A stretch of 63,955 nt of DNA, filler included, from Bacteroidales bacterium (GTDB taxonomy: Bacteria; Bacteroidota; Bacteroidia; Bacteroidales; CAIWKO01), in the NCBI GenBank assembly GCA_035389045.1. It is 7 parts of 7 records of this genome, joined end to end, with 100 filler letters (N's around TTAATTAATTAA, not from the genome) between each part and the next. Parts side by side here need not be neighbours in the genome. Positions count along the whole stretch, not along the records: positions 49,063 to 57,621 come from DAOORA010000106.1; positions 57,722 to 63,955 come from DAOORA010000115.1; 5 more parts are not named here. One strand, given 5' to 3'. The translations under genes were made by a program, and so were the position numbers. A model generated the notes under the pieces. It made no database searches and was not told the DNA's origin. It saw nothing but the letters and a program-made list of their open reading frames with translations. Positions 49,227-59,226 of the stretch are shown one piece after another (the stretch's first letter is position 1; each line of letters starts with the position of its first letter).

Positions 49227-50879
49227 CTACTCTAAAAGCTGACTGGCCGTTTTTATGGAGGCATCTGTGATGTTGTTTCCACTGAGCATTTCAGCAAGCA
49301 CCCCTACCCTTTCTTTGGAGTTCAGTATTTTGATCCGGGTGAAGGTTGCATTTTTTTCTTCTTTTTTATAAACAAGGTAATGGTAATCGCTTTTGCCGGC
49401 TATCTGCGGCAGGTGCGTGATAGAGATTACCTGCATGTCTTTGGAAAGGTCTTTCATGATGGCGCCGGTCTTTGAGGCCACTTCGCCCGAAACGCCGCTG
49501 TCGATCTCATCAAAAATGATGGTTGGCAGCAGCTTTTTCCTTGAGATGATGGATTTTATAGCCAGCATAAGTCTTGACAATTCTCCTCCGGAGGCGATAC
49601 GGTCGATTTCTTTTAAATCGGAACCTTTGTTGGCGCTGAAGGTAAATTTTATTTCATCAAAACCGTTTTCGAGCATAGCAGCCGAACGCTGATGTTCTAT
49701 TTTTATGCGGGCATTGGGCATGCCGATCTGCTGAAGAATTTGAACCACCTTATTCTCAATTTCTTTGAAAACGCGTTTTCTTCGTGCCGATATCTTTTCG
49801 GCCGAAGCCAGCAATTCGGCTTCTTGTTGGGTGATGAGGAATTCAATTTTTTTGATGCTGGCTTCGAGTGAAGAGATATTCTGCAGCTTACGGTCAAATT
49901 CATTCTTCATCCCGATCAGCTCGCTAACAGTGTTTACATGGTGTTTTTGCTGCAGACGGTAGATTTCGTTAAGGCGTTGTGAAATATGTTCAAACCTTTC
50001 GGGATCGTAATATATTTTTTCCTCTACCTGCTCTAATTCCGAGCTGATATCTTTCATCTCAATAAGAACACTCTGGAGCCGTTTCACATTTTCTTCCAGA
50101 CCGGCATCGAACTTTGTTATCTGCGACAACTGTGCATACACGGCGTTCAACTGCTGATTGATGCTGTTATCGCTGCTGTTCAATACAAATAAGGCGCGGT
50201 TCAATGCGGATTTTATCATCTCCACATGGTTGAGCAGTTCCAGTTCTTGTTCTAATTCCTGTTGTTCGTTTTCTTTCAGTCCGGCAGCTTCAAGTTCTGT
50301 GAACAAATAATTGTAGTAATCAGCATCCGCTTTGGATTGTTTTTCGAGTTCGGTCAGTCGCTGGAGTTCTTTTTTCGTTTCACGGTAAGCGGCAAAGAGT
50401 TTTCCGTGTGCTCTGACCGGTTCTGAACTATCGGCATAGCTGTCGATGGCAAGTAACTGGAAATCCTCGTCATTGATCAGGCGTGTCTGGTGTTGTGAAT
50501 GGAGGTCGACGAGTTTTTCACCAAGTTCCTTCATTTGTGCCAGTGAAACCGGCGTGTCGTTAATAAAAGCCCGTGATTTGCCTTCGGGATTTATTTCGCG
50601 TCTTAAGATCAGTGTATCCTCATAATCCAGGTTGTTGGATTCAAAAAAATAGTTGAAATCATCCTTTTCGATGCTGAAAGTACCTTCGATGATACATTTT
50701 TTTTTACGGTCGTGCAGCGACTGTACATCAGCCCGCTGGCCGAGTATGAGGGACAAGGCATCAAGGATGATGGATTTTCCTGCTCCTGTTTCTCCTGTAA
50801 TTGCGGTATATCCCTGAAAAAAATCAATTTCAATAACATCAATCAACGCATAATTACAGATTGACAGGTGTGCAAGCAT
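49227..50879 (-). CDS. recN: DNA repair protein RecN
   Basis: TGETGAGKSII, ASGGELSRLMLA, IFDEIDSGVSG, ITHLPQIA. Confidence 0.97.
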   Translation of the reverse strand: MLAHLSICNYALIDVIEIDFFQGYTAITGETGAGKSIILDALSLILGQRADVQSLHDRKKKCIIEGTFSIEKDDFNYFFESNNLDYEDTLILRREINPEGKSRAFINDTPVSLAQMKELGEKLVDLHSQHQTRLINDEDFQLLAIDSYADSSEPVRAHGKLFAAYRETKKELQRLTELEKQSKADADYYNYLFTELEAAGLKENEQQELEQELELLNHVEMIKSALNRALFVLNSSDNSINQQLNAVYAQLSQITKFDAGLEENVKRLQSVLIEMKDISSELEQVEEKIYYDPERFEHISQRLNEIYRLQQKHHVNTVSELIGMKNEFDRKLQNISSLEASIKKIEFLITQQEAELLASAEKISARRKRVFKEIENKVVQILQQIGMPNARIKIEHQRSAAMLENGFDEIKFTFSANKGSDLKEIDRIASGGELSRLMLAIKSIISRKKLLPTIIFDEIDSGVSGEVASKTGAIMKDLSKDMQVISITHLPQIAGKSDYHYLVYKKEEKNATFTRIKILNSKERVGVLAEMLSGNNITDASIKTASQLLE

Positions 50880-50891
50880 GGCTATTGATAT

Positions 50892-51794
50892 TTATTTGGC
50901 ATTCAATATCTTGGTATTGAAATCGTTGGAATGGGCAGGGTCAATTTCTTTGAGATAGGGCACTACCTGATTTTTGTCGGTGGCCGGCGCCTGAGAAAAA
51001 ATATTGATGATCTCATCACGCTTGGTATCCATGAACACGGTGGCGAAATAAAGGTTGGGAGTCCCCTTGACCACGGTTCTCATTTTGTCCATGGCCGTAA
51101 TCACAGAAGTTCTGCCGTTGGCCATGTTTTCTTTCATATCATCCAGTCCCTTGAGGTGATATAAATACAAACATTCTCTGAACCCGCTGTATGAGTCATT
51201 CAGAAGGTTTTCGACCAGCCAGTACCGGTTTTTGCGGCTCTCAAACGATTTCCATCCCCGGTCGGCGGTATTCTGGGCAAGCTGAACAATATTCTGTGCT
51301 TTGGTATAAAACTGCCCGCCGGATTTCATCGAATAGGAATCGAAATCAATGCCGATGATGATATAGGCATAATACGCTAATATGGACGTGAGGTTAGAAT
51401 AGAAATTATTATCATCATAATCAAGCGCCTGGTTCTGAATGTATTTAAAAGAGATTTCCTTGTCGACGATATTCAGCATCGGTGAATTATAGGATGTGTT
51501 GAATATGGGACGGCGCGACTGAACCTGCAACGTACCTTTGAAATCAACATCAGATACCCGTTCGGTAACATTAAAGAAAAAGGTACACTCAATTTTTTCT
51601 TCCTGTCTATAGGTATAATTTGTCCACTTTCTGTCGTTCAGAAACTCCATGATGGCTTTCTGCATCTCCTCAAAAACCGTTTTGTCGCTCCCGCTGATCT
51701 GTGAAGAATTGACCGAGACGGAACTATATAACTCCTGAGCTTTGCTGCTAGCCACAGAAAAAATAATCAAAGCCAGAACAATGAGTTTTTTCAT
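50892..51794 (-). CDS. DUF4835 family protein (PorD-like)
   Basis: AQEL..V.VN, LQVQSRRPIFN, NLTSILAYYAY, NRYWLVEN; conserved position between coaBC and recN. Confidence 0.8.
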   Translation of the reverse strand: MKKLIVLALIIFSVASSKAQELYSSVSVNSSQISGSDKTVFEEMQKAIMEFLNDRKWTNYTYRQEEKIECTFFFNVTERVSDVDFKGTLQVQSRRPIFNTSYNSPMLNIVDKEISFKYIQNQALDYDDNNFYSNLTSILAYYAYIIIGIDFDSYSMKSGGQFYTKAQNIVQLAQNTADRGWKSFESRKNRYWLVENLLNDSYSGFRECLYLYHLKGLDDMKENMANGRTSVITAMDKMRTVVKGTPNLYFATVFMDTKRDEIINIFSQAPATDKNQVVPYLKEIDPAHSNDFNTKILNAK

Positions 51795-51797
51795 ATT

Positions 51798-53000
51798 TTA
51801 CAGAATATTTAATTTAATGATTTCATTGATGATATCAACAGCTACTTCATGCTTTTGTTTAAGCTCAAACGTTTTCTTTTCAAGGTCTTTATCAATGATG
51901 GTAATTTTATTGGTCTGATGCCGGAACCCTGCGCCTTTATCTTTTAATGAGTTTAAAACAATGAAATCAAGGTTCTTATTTTTGAGTTTTTGGATGGCGT
52001 TATCAGTTTCATTATCTGTTTCGAGGGCAAAGCCGACGAGTACCTGATTTTTTTTCTTCTTTTTTCCCAGTGATGACAAAATATCGGGTGTCCTGGTCAA
52101 TTCAAGGGACAGTGAAGATCCTGTTTTTTTGATCTTGGTTTTATGAACTTCTGCCGGCATAAAATCAGCCACAGCCGCAGCCATCACGGTGATATCGGCA
52201 TCCGGGAAGAATTTCATGCATTGCTGCTTCATTTCGTTAGCTGAAACCACATCAATGCGGCAGATGTCCGGGTGATGGACACTGAGGGCGACGGGGCCGG
52301 TTATTAAGGTAACTTTTGCTCCCCGTTCAGCGCAGGCCCTGGCAATTTCAAAACCCATGAGCCCCGATGAATGGTTGCCGATGTAACGCACCGGGTCAAT
52401 ACTTTCGAAGGTAGGTCCGGCCGTTACCAGAACGTTTTTATTTTTTAAAAGATGTTTTTTTTTTAGAAAGCCGGCCAGTGCTGCGACAATATGCTCTGGT
52501 TCTTCCATCCTGCCGGCGCCGCATAAACCGCTGGCAAGCTCGCCTTCGCGCGGTTCAATCAGGTAATGTCCGTACGAACATATTGTTTTTACATTGTTTT
52601 GTGTCGAAGAATGCCTGTACATATCAAGGTCCATAGCCGGGGCAAAAAAGACCGGGCATTTGGCGGCCAGGTAGGTGGTCATCAACAGGTTGTCGGCCTG
52701 TCCGCAGGCCATTTTGGCCAGGGTGTTAGCGGTAACAGGAGCAATAAGATAAATATCGGCCCAGCTGCCCAGTTCGATATGGCTGTGCCAGGCGCCATCG
52801 GATTTTTCAAAGCCTTCGCACAGGACAGGACGCCCCGACAGTGTGGATAAGGTAAGAGGAGTCACAAAATCTTTGGCTGATGGGGTTACAATAACCTGTA
52901 CCTCAGCCCCTTCTTTAACCAAAAGACGAATAAGCAGAGGTATCTTGTAAGCGGCAATGCTTCCGGTGATCCCGATAATTATTTTTTTTCCTTTCAGCAT
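51798..53000 (-). CDS. coaBC: Phosphopantothenoylcysteine decarboxylase/ligase
   Basis: GITGSIAAYK, APAMD, GAGRMEEP, TAGPTFESIDPVRYIGNHSSG, GFALET. Confidence 0.97.
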   Translation of the reverse strand: MLKGKKIIIGITGSIAAYKIPLLIRLLVKEGAEVQVIVTPSAKDFVTPLTLSTLSGRPVLCEGFEKSDGAWHSHIELGSWADIYLIAPVTANTLAKMACGQADNLLMTTYLAAKCPVFFAPAMDLDMYRHSSTQNNVKTICSYGHYLIEPREGELASGLCGAGRMEEPEHIVAALAGFLKKKHLLKNKNVLVTAGPTFESIDPVRYIGNHSSGLMGFEIARACAERGAKVTLITGPVALSVHHPDICRIDVVSANEMKQQCMKFFPDADITVMAAAVADFMPAEVHKTKIKKTGSSLSLELTRTPDILSSLGKKKKKNQVLVGFALETDNETDNAIQKLKNKNLDFIVLNSLKDKGAGFRHQTNKITIIDKDLEKKTFELKQKHEVAVDIINEIIKLNIL

Positions 53001-53009
53001 CCGTGCATC

Positions 53010-53345
53010 TTAAAAATCGGAGGGATTTTCTTTCAGGGGGTTACGAAAATACAATTTGTTGTTCAGATACTCGGTTATAGCAATCAGTGACGGTTTGGGA
53101 ATGCGTTCATAGTACTTCGCAATTTCGATCTGTTCCCGGTTTTCAAAGATCTCTTCCAGATTATCTGTTGTAGTAGAGAATTCTTCAATTTTTCCGTTAA
53201 GTTCTTCTTTCAGGTCGGAAGCAATTTTGTTGGCACGGTTGGAAAGAATTACAACAGTTTCATAAATATTGCCGGTTTCTCTCGTGAAATCAACAATGTT
53301 TCTTGTAACTGCAAGCGTTCCAATTTTCGATTTTTTTAAATCCAT
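53010..53345 (-). CDS. rpoZ: RNA polymerase omega subunit (Bacteroidota type)
   Basis: TGNIYE..RAN.I, DNLEEIFENREQIEIAKYYERIPKP; synteny. Confidence 0.88.
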   Translation of the reverse strand: MDLKKSKIGTLAVTRNIVDFTRETGNIYETVVILSNRANKIASDLKEELNGKIEEFSTTTDNLEEIFENREQIEIAKYYERIPKPSLIAITEYLNNKLYFRNPLKENPSDF

Positions 53346-53374
53346 ATATCGTTTAATTTATTCTTTTTATTTAT

Positions 53375-54211
53375 CTAAATTTGTTTATTTTCTTTCTCTT
53401 TCTCATTGAACTTTGACAATTCCTTTTCAATGTTTTTCATGATGGAACGGGCTTCTTTGCCGAATCCAGATTCAGGAAAGGCAGTATTCAGTGAATTATA
53501 GGCATCCCTTGCAAGCTCAAGCCGTTCTTTCTTTTTGGTTTCAATACTGTTGATCGCGTAGAGATAACTTGAAGAAAGCATGTAATAATAAGCATCTTCT
53601 TTATGTTTTGTTTCCGGATAGTCTCTAAGAACATTTTTAAAAGCTATGTAGGCTGCCTGATAATCTTCAATTTTATAATAAAGCCGTGCAATTTCAAATT
53701 CTTTTTTTTCGAGTTTATAACGAAGTTCATCAATAATTTCGTTGCATTTGGCTATCCTTGTGCTGTTAGGATATTGATTAATAAAAAGTTGGAACTGCTT
53801 TATGGCATCTACAGAAATCGTCTGGTCGAGGCCATATTCGGGAGAATACATGTACTGGCAATAGGCCGACATATACTCACATTCTTCGGCATATTTGCTG
53901 GTCGGAAAGGTGGAAGTAAATTTTGTAAAATAGTAACCGGCCTGCAGGTAATCATTTTCTCCGTAATAACAATAGGCATAATAATAATTGATTTTTTCTG
54001 AGGTATCTGTTCCACGGTAATAAATCAGCAGCTCATCAAAAAGCTGCATGGCGCGGTGATAATCGCCTTTCTCATAAAGAGTTACCGCTGTGGAATATTT
54101 GAGGCCTATATCCGAACTCTTTAAAACCTTGCGGTATTGGCCGCATGATGACAATATAAAGCCCGTCAGTAAAGCAACAAAGAAGATCGTTATCCGGGAA
54201 GTTTTAAACAT
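53375..54211 (-). CDS. bamD: Outer membrane protein assembly factor BamD
   Basis: Lipobox LSS-C; TPRs; LDQT..AIKQFQLFINQYPNS. Confidence 0.9.
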   Translation of the reverse strand: MFKTSRITIFFVALLTGFILSSCGQYRKVLKSSDIGLKYSTAVTLYEKGDYHRAMQLFDELLIYYRGTDTSEKINYYYAYCYYGENDYLQAGYYFTKFTSTFPTSKYAEECEYMSAYCQYMYSPEYGLDQTISVDAIKQFQLFINQYPNSTRIAKCNEIIDELRYKLEKKEFEIARLYYKIEDYQAAYIAFKNVLRDYPETKHKEDAYYYMLSSSYLYAINSIETKKKERLELARDAYNSLNTAFPESGFGKEARSIMKNIEKELSKFNEKEKENKQI

Positions 54212-54215
54212 GGCG

Positions 54216-54223
54216 CAAAATTA
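54216..54223 (-). promoter_or_regulatory. Bacteroidota -7 promoter element just before bamD
   Basis: TAATTTTG on the minus strand 4 nt before the ATG. Confidence 0.55.
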
Positions 54224-54425
54224 GACATTTTTAGTTAACTAAAACTAATTTCACCAAAATATATTGTAAAAGAACAGAAATTTATCCTGTTGAAATTTGT
54301 TGAAAATATTCCCTAATCCAGAATGGCCATCATTTTATTTTCCGGTCACCCAATAAGTTTTAACCAGTTATGTGTCTGAATAACAGTTCAATAAAGTGCT
54401 TTTTAATGACCCGGGAATAGCAAAT

Positions 54426-56300
54426 CTAGAAATCCATATATTGTTTAAAGCTGCATTGCATATAGGATTTTGCCTGTCTGACCAGCTCTTCTTCGCTTAT
54501 CTTATTGACGGAATCTATATGCATCATACAGGGGACATTATTGCGTGCATCAAAAGTAAAATAGCCCTCCGGTCTCACCCATGCAAACCCGCCTTCATAA
54601 GCAAAAAATGCAAATTCAGGGGCTCCGGGCTGTAAAAGGTTCTTGCTCCATGTAAATCCGGAATAATCCAGCCCGAGTTGTGCAGCCAATACAGCGGGCA
54701 AATCGGTCTGGGAGCCGGTTTTGTTCACTTGTGTGCCCTTGTATTCATCTTTTATGACGTTACCGCACAACAACATTACAATTTTATGATAATCAGGCGA
54801 ACAGAAATGATGGTTGCGGTAGGTCCCGTGCGAGTGATCGGAAACCAATACAAACAAGGTATTATCATACCACTTCTTTTTCTGCGCTTCCGTGAAAAAG
54901 TCCTTCAGGCAATTATCCACATAATAAGCTGAGTTGACGTATTTTTTTTCATATTGCGGCCATGTAAATACCTCCTTCATATTGCAGTCGTATGGCGAAT
55001 GTGAACTGATGGTGAAGATGGCTGAAAAGAAAGGCTGAGGTTGTTTCTCAAGTTCATTCAGAAAATAGGGAAATGTATATTCATCGTGGATGCCTAATTT
55101 ACCGCGGGGGAAGGATGAAGGAAAGTCGCTGTCCTCCACAAGTTGGTCAAAACCATTATAAATAAGATAACTTTTGATGCCTCCGTAAATCAGTTGCCCT
55201 CCGAAATAAAATGAGGAGTAATAGCCTGATTCTTTGAATTTCTGTATCAGGCCCGGCAGTTTTTTATATTTCTCTGGCTGTTGCGACATCGTGGTGACCG
55301 ACAGTGAGGGAAAGCCGCTGAAAAGGGCTGTCATACCCTCCTGCGACCGGGTTCCACTGGAATATATATGTGTAAAAAGAATACCATTTTTTTCCAGTTC
55401 ATGAAAGGCCGGCGTTATGCCTTTTTCTCCGCCAAGGCTTTCGATGAGGTCTGCCGACCATCCTTCAAGAATAAACATAACAATATTGGGTTTGTTTGTC
55501 TTTAGAAACATCTCCGTAGTATCGTTACAGCTTTCGTAAAGTTGGCGCACCGTTCGGCAGGCATCCTCATCTGCATAATAATGAAAGGGGTTTTCATTCA
55601 GCAGGGTATAATTGTCGGCTATGCTCCTCCCGAAATTCCAGGCAGAATTTACAGAAATCCAGTTCAGCGCCTCATGTCTTGAATAATACGACTGGCTCTG
55701 GTTGATCGGCACCTGGCTCAGGCCGCCCCTCATCCCAAGGAACAACAAAACAGGAGTTAAAAGTATGAACAGTGCTGAAAAGAGATAATTCTTGCGGGTG
55801 ATAATAAAAGGTTTAATGATGATTTTCAAATAAATAAAATATAACAAGGCCAACTGAAATATTATTAAGGCGGAAATGAGGATAAGCTGCCAGGTTTGTG
55901 CAGTACCAATAATTTCCTGAGGATGAGCAAGATATATTAATGCCTTGTAATGCAGTTTTGTTTTCCATTCGCCGTAGATTCCCGCCTCTGCCGATGTAAT
56001 GATCAGTATAACAAACAAAATGATAAAAACATATATTTTATTAATAATATTTAGACGAGTTGCCTGATAAAAATTCTGAACGGCCAGTATAAAAAACGGT
56101 ATGATCATGATATAGCAAATGGCAGAAAAATCGAGCGGCGCAGAATGATAAAATACGCCGGCCAGCTCCCAAAAACCAATCTCTTTAAGGTATTCCATAT
56201 TATAAAGCATGAAAACAATCCTTGTGACATCAAAGGCGATAAACCAGAAAAGTATTTGTTTAAAAAAACTGGACAGGATTTGTCCGGGATAGGTTTTCAT
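54426..56300 (-). CDS. LTA synthase/sulfatase-family membrane protein
   Basis: N-terminal TMs, MRGG, PNIVMFILEGWS, TISSHSPY, VSDHSH. Confidence 0.88.
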   Translation of the reverse strand: MKTYPGQILSSFFKQILFWFIAFDVTRIVFMLYNMEYLKEIGFWELAGVFYHSAPLDFSAICYIMIIPFFILAVQNFYQATRLNIINKIYVFIILFVILIITSAEAGIYGEWKTKLHYKALIYLAHPQEIIGTAQTWQLILISALIIFQLALLYFIYLKIIIKPFIITRKNYLFSALFILLTPVLLFLGMRGGLSQVPINQSQSYYSRHEALNWISVNSAWNFGRSIADNYTLLNENPFHYYADEDACRTVRQLYESCNDTTEMFLKTNKPNIVMFILEGWSADLIESLGGEKGITPAFHELEKNGILFTHIYSSGTRSQEGMTALFSGFPSLSVTTMSQQPEKYKKLPGLIQKFKESGYYSSFYFGGQLIYGGIKSYLIYNGFDQLVEDSDFPSSFPRGKLGIHDEYTFPYFLNELEKQPQPFFSAIFTISSHSPYDCNMKEVFTWPQYEKKYVNSAYYVDNCLKDFFTEAQKKKWYDNTLFVLVSDHSHGTYRNHHFCSPDYHKIVMLLCGNVIKDEYKGTQVNKTGSQTDLPAVLAAQLGLDYSGFTWSKNLLQPGAPEFAFFAYEGGFAWVRPEGYFTFDARNNVPCMMHIDSVNKISEEELVRQAKSYMQCSFKQYMDF

Positions 56301-56542
56301 GTTCAGGCTTTCGGCAAACTTTCGGCAAAAATACTATAATGAAACTAAAGTCAGAAGTTTTATTGCCGGAGAAAATGTGTTGAACTGATTAGAAACAGTT
56401 CTATTGTTCATTTATAAATCATGTGTGTTAATGAAAAATTTTAAAAAACCGGTTGATTGGCTTGTTTGGTCTGGCATCCTTTTAGGGTGGTACAAATCTT
56501 GAAAATCAAAGCTTTCATATGAATAAAATTTAAAAACGTTTC

Positions 56543-56613
56543 TTATGGTGTACCTACGGCACACCATAACTCTTATTTATTTTTTTACCTGTTATTTTGT
56601 GCCTATGGCACAA
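56543..56613. repeat. REP-like palindromes (CCTACGG family)
   Basis: TTATGGTGTACCTACGGCACACCATAA and TTGTGCCTATGGCACAA; same core as 36308. Confidence 0.6.
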
Positions 56614-56791
56614 GGTTTTTCCTGTTCTTTCTTTTAACAATATTAAGTGATTCTGGCACAAGGCCTGATTCGGAATACAGCAATGATAGAATACCGGCAA
56701 GATTGTGATGCAGGTCAGGGAAGAAATTTGAAATGTGTATAAATGCAAGTGTTGCGATAGAGCGGTTACATAGAATTGTTGAATAGCTAAA

Positions 56792-57621
56792 TTAAAAAGC
56801 CCGGACAGCACGCACCCTGCCCGTGTCGTACTTAACGTTGGTGCTCGGGCCGCCACTGTTGAAGTACTGCCCCCATGCGTAGTAATTACTGCCCTCGGTA
56901 GAACTCCAATAGTAGGCACTAGCAAAACCGCCAACCGCGTCTTTTTGTAAGTATAATAAATTTAACTCATATTTTGAAGGCAAGTACCAATCGCCATATC
57001 CACCACCTTGGTAATTAGCACATAATTGGGCAGCATAACTTCCTGCACCTTGATTTGCTATTATGCGCTCTGTATTATACATGCCAGCGCCGATACCATT
57101 TCTAACTGCATTTGTTACAGTATTAGTTCCATTATACCATTGTATTCCTGTACTTTGGTCTGCTGTGGCTGCTATTAATCCGTGCTTTCCGCTTGCATCT
57201 AACCAGAAAATGATACCTCCTACATAGCTATCGCCAATGGCAAGTGTATCTGTAGTGCTTATCACATAAGGGCTTACGGTAGTTCCGCTACCTGTAACAG
57301 TTACATTCGTTCCGGCTGTTACTTTGGTTTCGGAGCCGTCCTGGTCGCCGGTGTTTGTTCCTGATAAGTTCCCCAAATTGGTAATGTCACTTGCTGTAAT
57401 ATTAGCTGCCTGACTGCCTGTAAATATTGGGTCGGTTTCGGTTTCAATGTAAGTGCCTAAGTCGCTGATTTGGCTCTCGGTTATTGAAATACCTGTGGAT
57501 TTGTCCCATGCAGTAAACACAGGGTCGGTCTCGGTAATTCCACCCGTAACAGTTTCGGCTGTTTTTGAATGTAAGGCATAAGGCACGCTCAGCAACTGTG
57601 TCGTCCCCATGGTTACATAAG
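56792..57621 (-). CDS. DUF1566/Lcl (CLec-fold) domain protein, 5'-truncated; candidate DGR target
   Basis: LLSVPYALH; ETDP repeats; GGIIFWLD..HGLIAA; DWYLPSKYEL; YWSSTE..AW..VRAVRAF. Confidence 0.85.
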
Positions 57622-57721
57622 NNNNNNNNNNNNNNNNNNNNNNNNNNNNNNNNNNNNNNNNNNNNTTAATTAATTAANNNNNNNNNNNNNNNNNNNNNNN
57701 NNNNNNNNNNNNNNNNNNNNN
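57622..57721. other. Artificial contig linker
   Basis: N44-TTAATTAATTAA-N44. Confidence 0.98.
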
Positions 57722-57799
57722 GCCTGGCTGGCCAGTCAGACAGGCCTCGAAACTGAACTTTTCGATTCAGACACTGGGTTTCCGCTCAGAGACTTAGTG

Positions 57800-59209
57800 C
57801 TATTTCAGGAGGGGACAGGAAGCCTTGTAATAAAACACATAATTGCATCCGAAATGAACATTGATGTTTTTTGTATGGTATGGAATTATTGCAGCAAGAA
57901 AATTATCCGTAGAAAGAAAAACCTGGAAAGGCCCGAAAGTCAGCGAAGACCCGACGCCAAAATTCAGCCAGTCTCTGTTCATATAGGAATAGGATAGGGA
58001 AACGTCGAGGATTTTGCCGAAACGACGGTTATAGGCAACGGTAAAAGCCGGATGGATAGTGTTTTCATATATTTCTGCACGGAATATAGCTGCGACACGG
58101 TCGTTTTTCGAGATGTTATAATAGCCGCTTAAATATATTTTAGGATTGAGAGGGCTTGCATATTTTTTGTTTACTTCCTCAATTTTAAGTATATTGGCAA
58201 CAGAATCAATGAGTTTATCAAAAGCATCATCCTGTAAGGAGTCGTTCCTGATGAAATCAGCAATATCGATACCTTTAAAGGTAAAACTTTTATCCGTCAT
58301 GGAGTATTGTCTTGTGCCGGCATTCCAGAAGATATAGCCAAAATCGATGATGCTGGCACCTACGGACCATTTATCGTCAATGGTATATGTTGCGCCGACA
58401 TCAATACCGAATCCGGGGTTTTTAAAATTAAACAAATAATTGGTCATGTCTTTTTTGCTGACCTTCGTATCTTTGGTTGAATCATCTTCGAGTGAGTTAT
58501 AGAATTCATCAGGCATTGATGTATAAAGAGCAAAATCCGAATTTGCAGTCAGGTCATAATAATTTTCGTCTACGGCAAGTGAAACGTCGCTTTTTTTGGT
58601 CCAGGTGTTTGAAAGTCCGAAAAGAAGTTTAACACGACCGCCTATGGTCCATTTTGTATCGAGCAGATAGGTATATCCAATAGCTAATTCATGGTAATGC
58701 GTCATGTCTACTCCAATGCCTTTGAAATCTGCTGCTGAACCAATATACTGCGAATTTCCCTTCCAGAGCATGGAAATCAGATCACGGGGGTAGGTAAACC
58801 TGAATTTGACTTTTTCAGAAAGGGACAAACTTACATAATGCAACCTTTTGATCTTAAAGCCAAAAGAAAGTATTTCGGCCTGCTGATTCAGAATCAGGTG
58901 GTTTTTTTTGGCAAGACCATCAACAACGTCTTCAAAGTCAAAGTATAAACTATCGGTTTCTTTCCGCTTATGTATCAGATCATCATATTTAAACCCGGTA
59001 TTGGTAATGCTGGTAAAATCAGAAGACAAAACAGGAATAAAAACCACCGGAAGACATCCGATATGGTATTTGAAATTGGGCATTTGCCCCGGATTTTCAT
59101 AATATGTCTGAGGCACAGTACCCAGCGTGTATGTGGTCATTGCATCCTGCGCCGGCAGATAAGGAATAAGAATGAATAATATGATGATGGTAATTATTAT
59201 TTTTTTCAT
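57800..59209 (-). CDS. DUF5723-like outer-membrane protein
   Basis: YENPG, YHELAIGY, GFGIDVGATY, GASIIDFGYIFW, INVHFGCN. Confidence 0.8.
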   Translation of the reverse strand: MKKIIITIIILFILIPYLPAQDAMTTYTLGTVPQTYYENPGQMPNFKYHIGCLPVVFIPVLSSDFTSITNTGFKYDDLIHKRKETDSLYFDFEDVVDGLAKKNHLILNQQAEILSFGFKIKRLHYVSLSLSEKVKFRFTYPRDLISMLWKGNSQYIGSAADFKGIGVDMTHYHELAIGYTYLLDTKWTIGGRVKLLFGLSNTWTKKSDVSLAVDENYYDLTANSDFALYTSMPDEFYNSLEDDSTKDTKVSKKDMTNYLFNFKNPGFGIDVGATYTIDDKWSVGASIIDFGYIFWNAGTRQYSMTDKSFTFKGIDIADFIRNDSLQDDAFDKLIDSVANILKIEEVNKKYASPLNPKIYLSGYYNISKNDRVAAIFRAEIYENTIHPAFTVAYNRRFGKILDVSLSYSYMNRDWLNFGVGSSLTFGPFQVFLSTDNFLAAIIPYHTKNINVHFGCNYVFYYKASCPLLK

Positions 59210-59226
59210 TATAACGGCTGTAGATT

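Noticed and set aside
49227..54211. bamD-rpoZ-coaBC-DUF4835-recN as a novel operon
   Set aside because: Well-known conserved Bacteroidota gene order.
56300..56790. DGR template repeat downstream of the DUF1566 gene
   Set aside because: No AAC-rich copy of the variable region, and no RT or Avd gene, here or elsewhere in the window.
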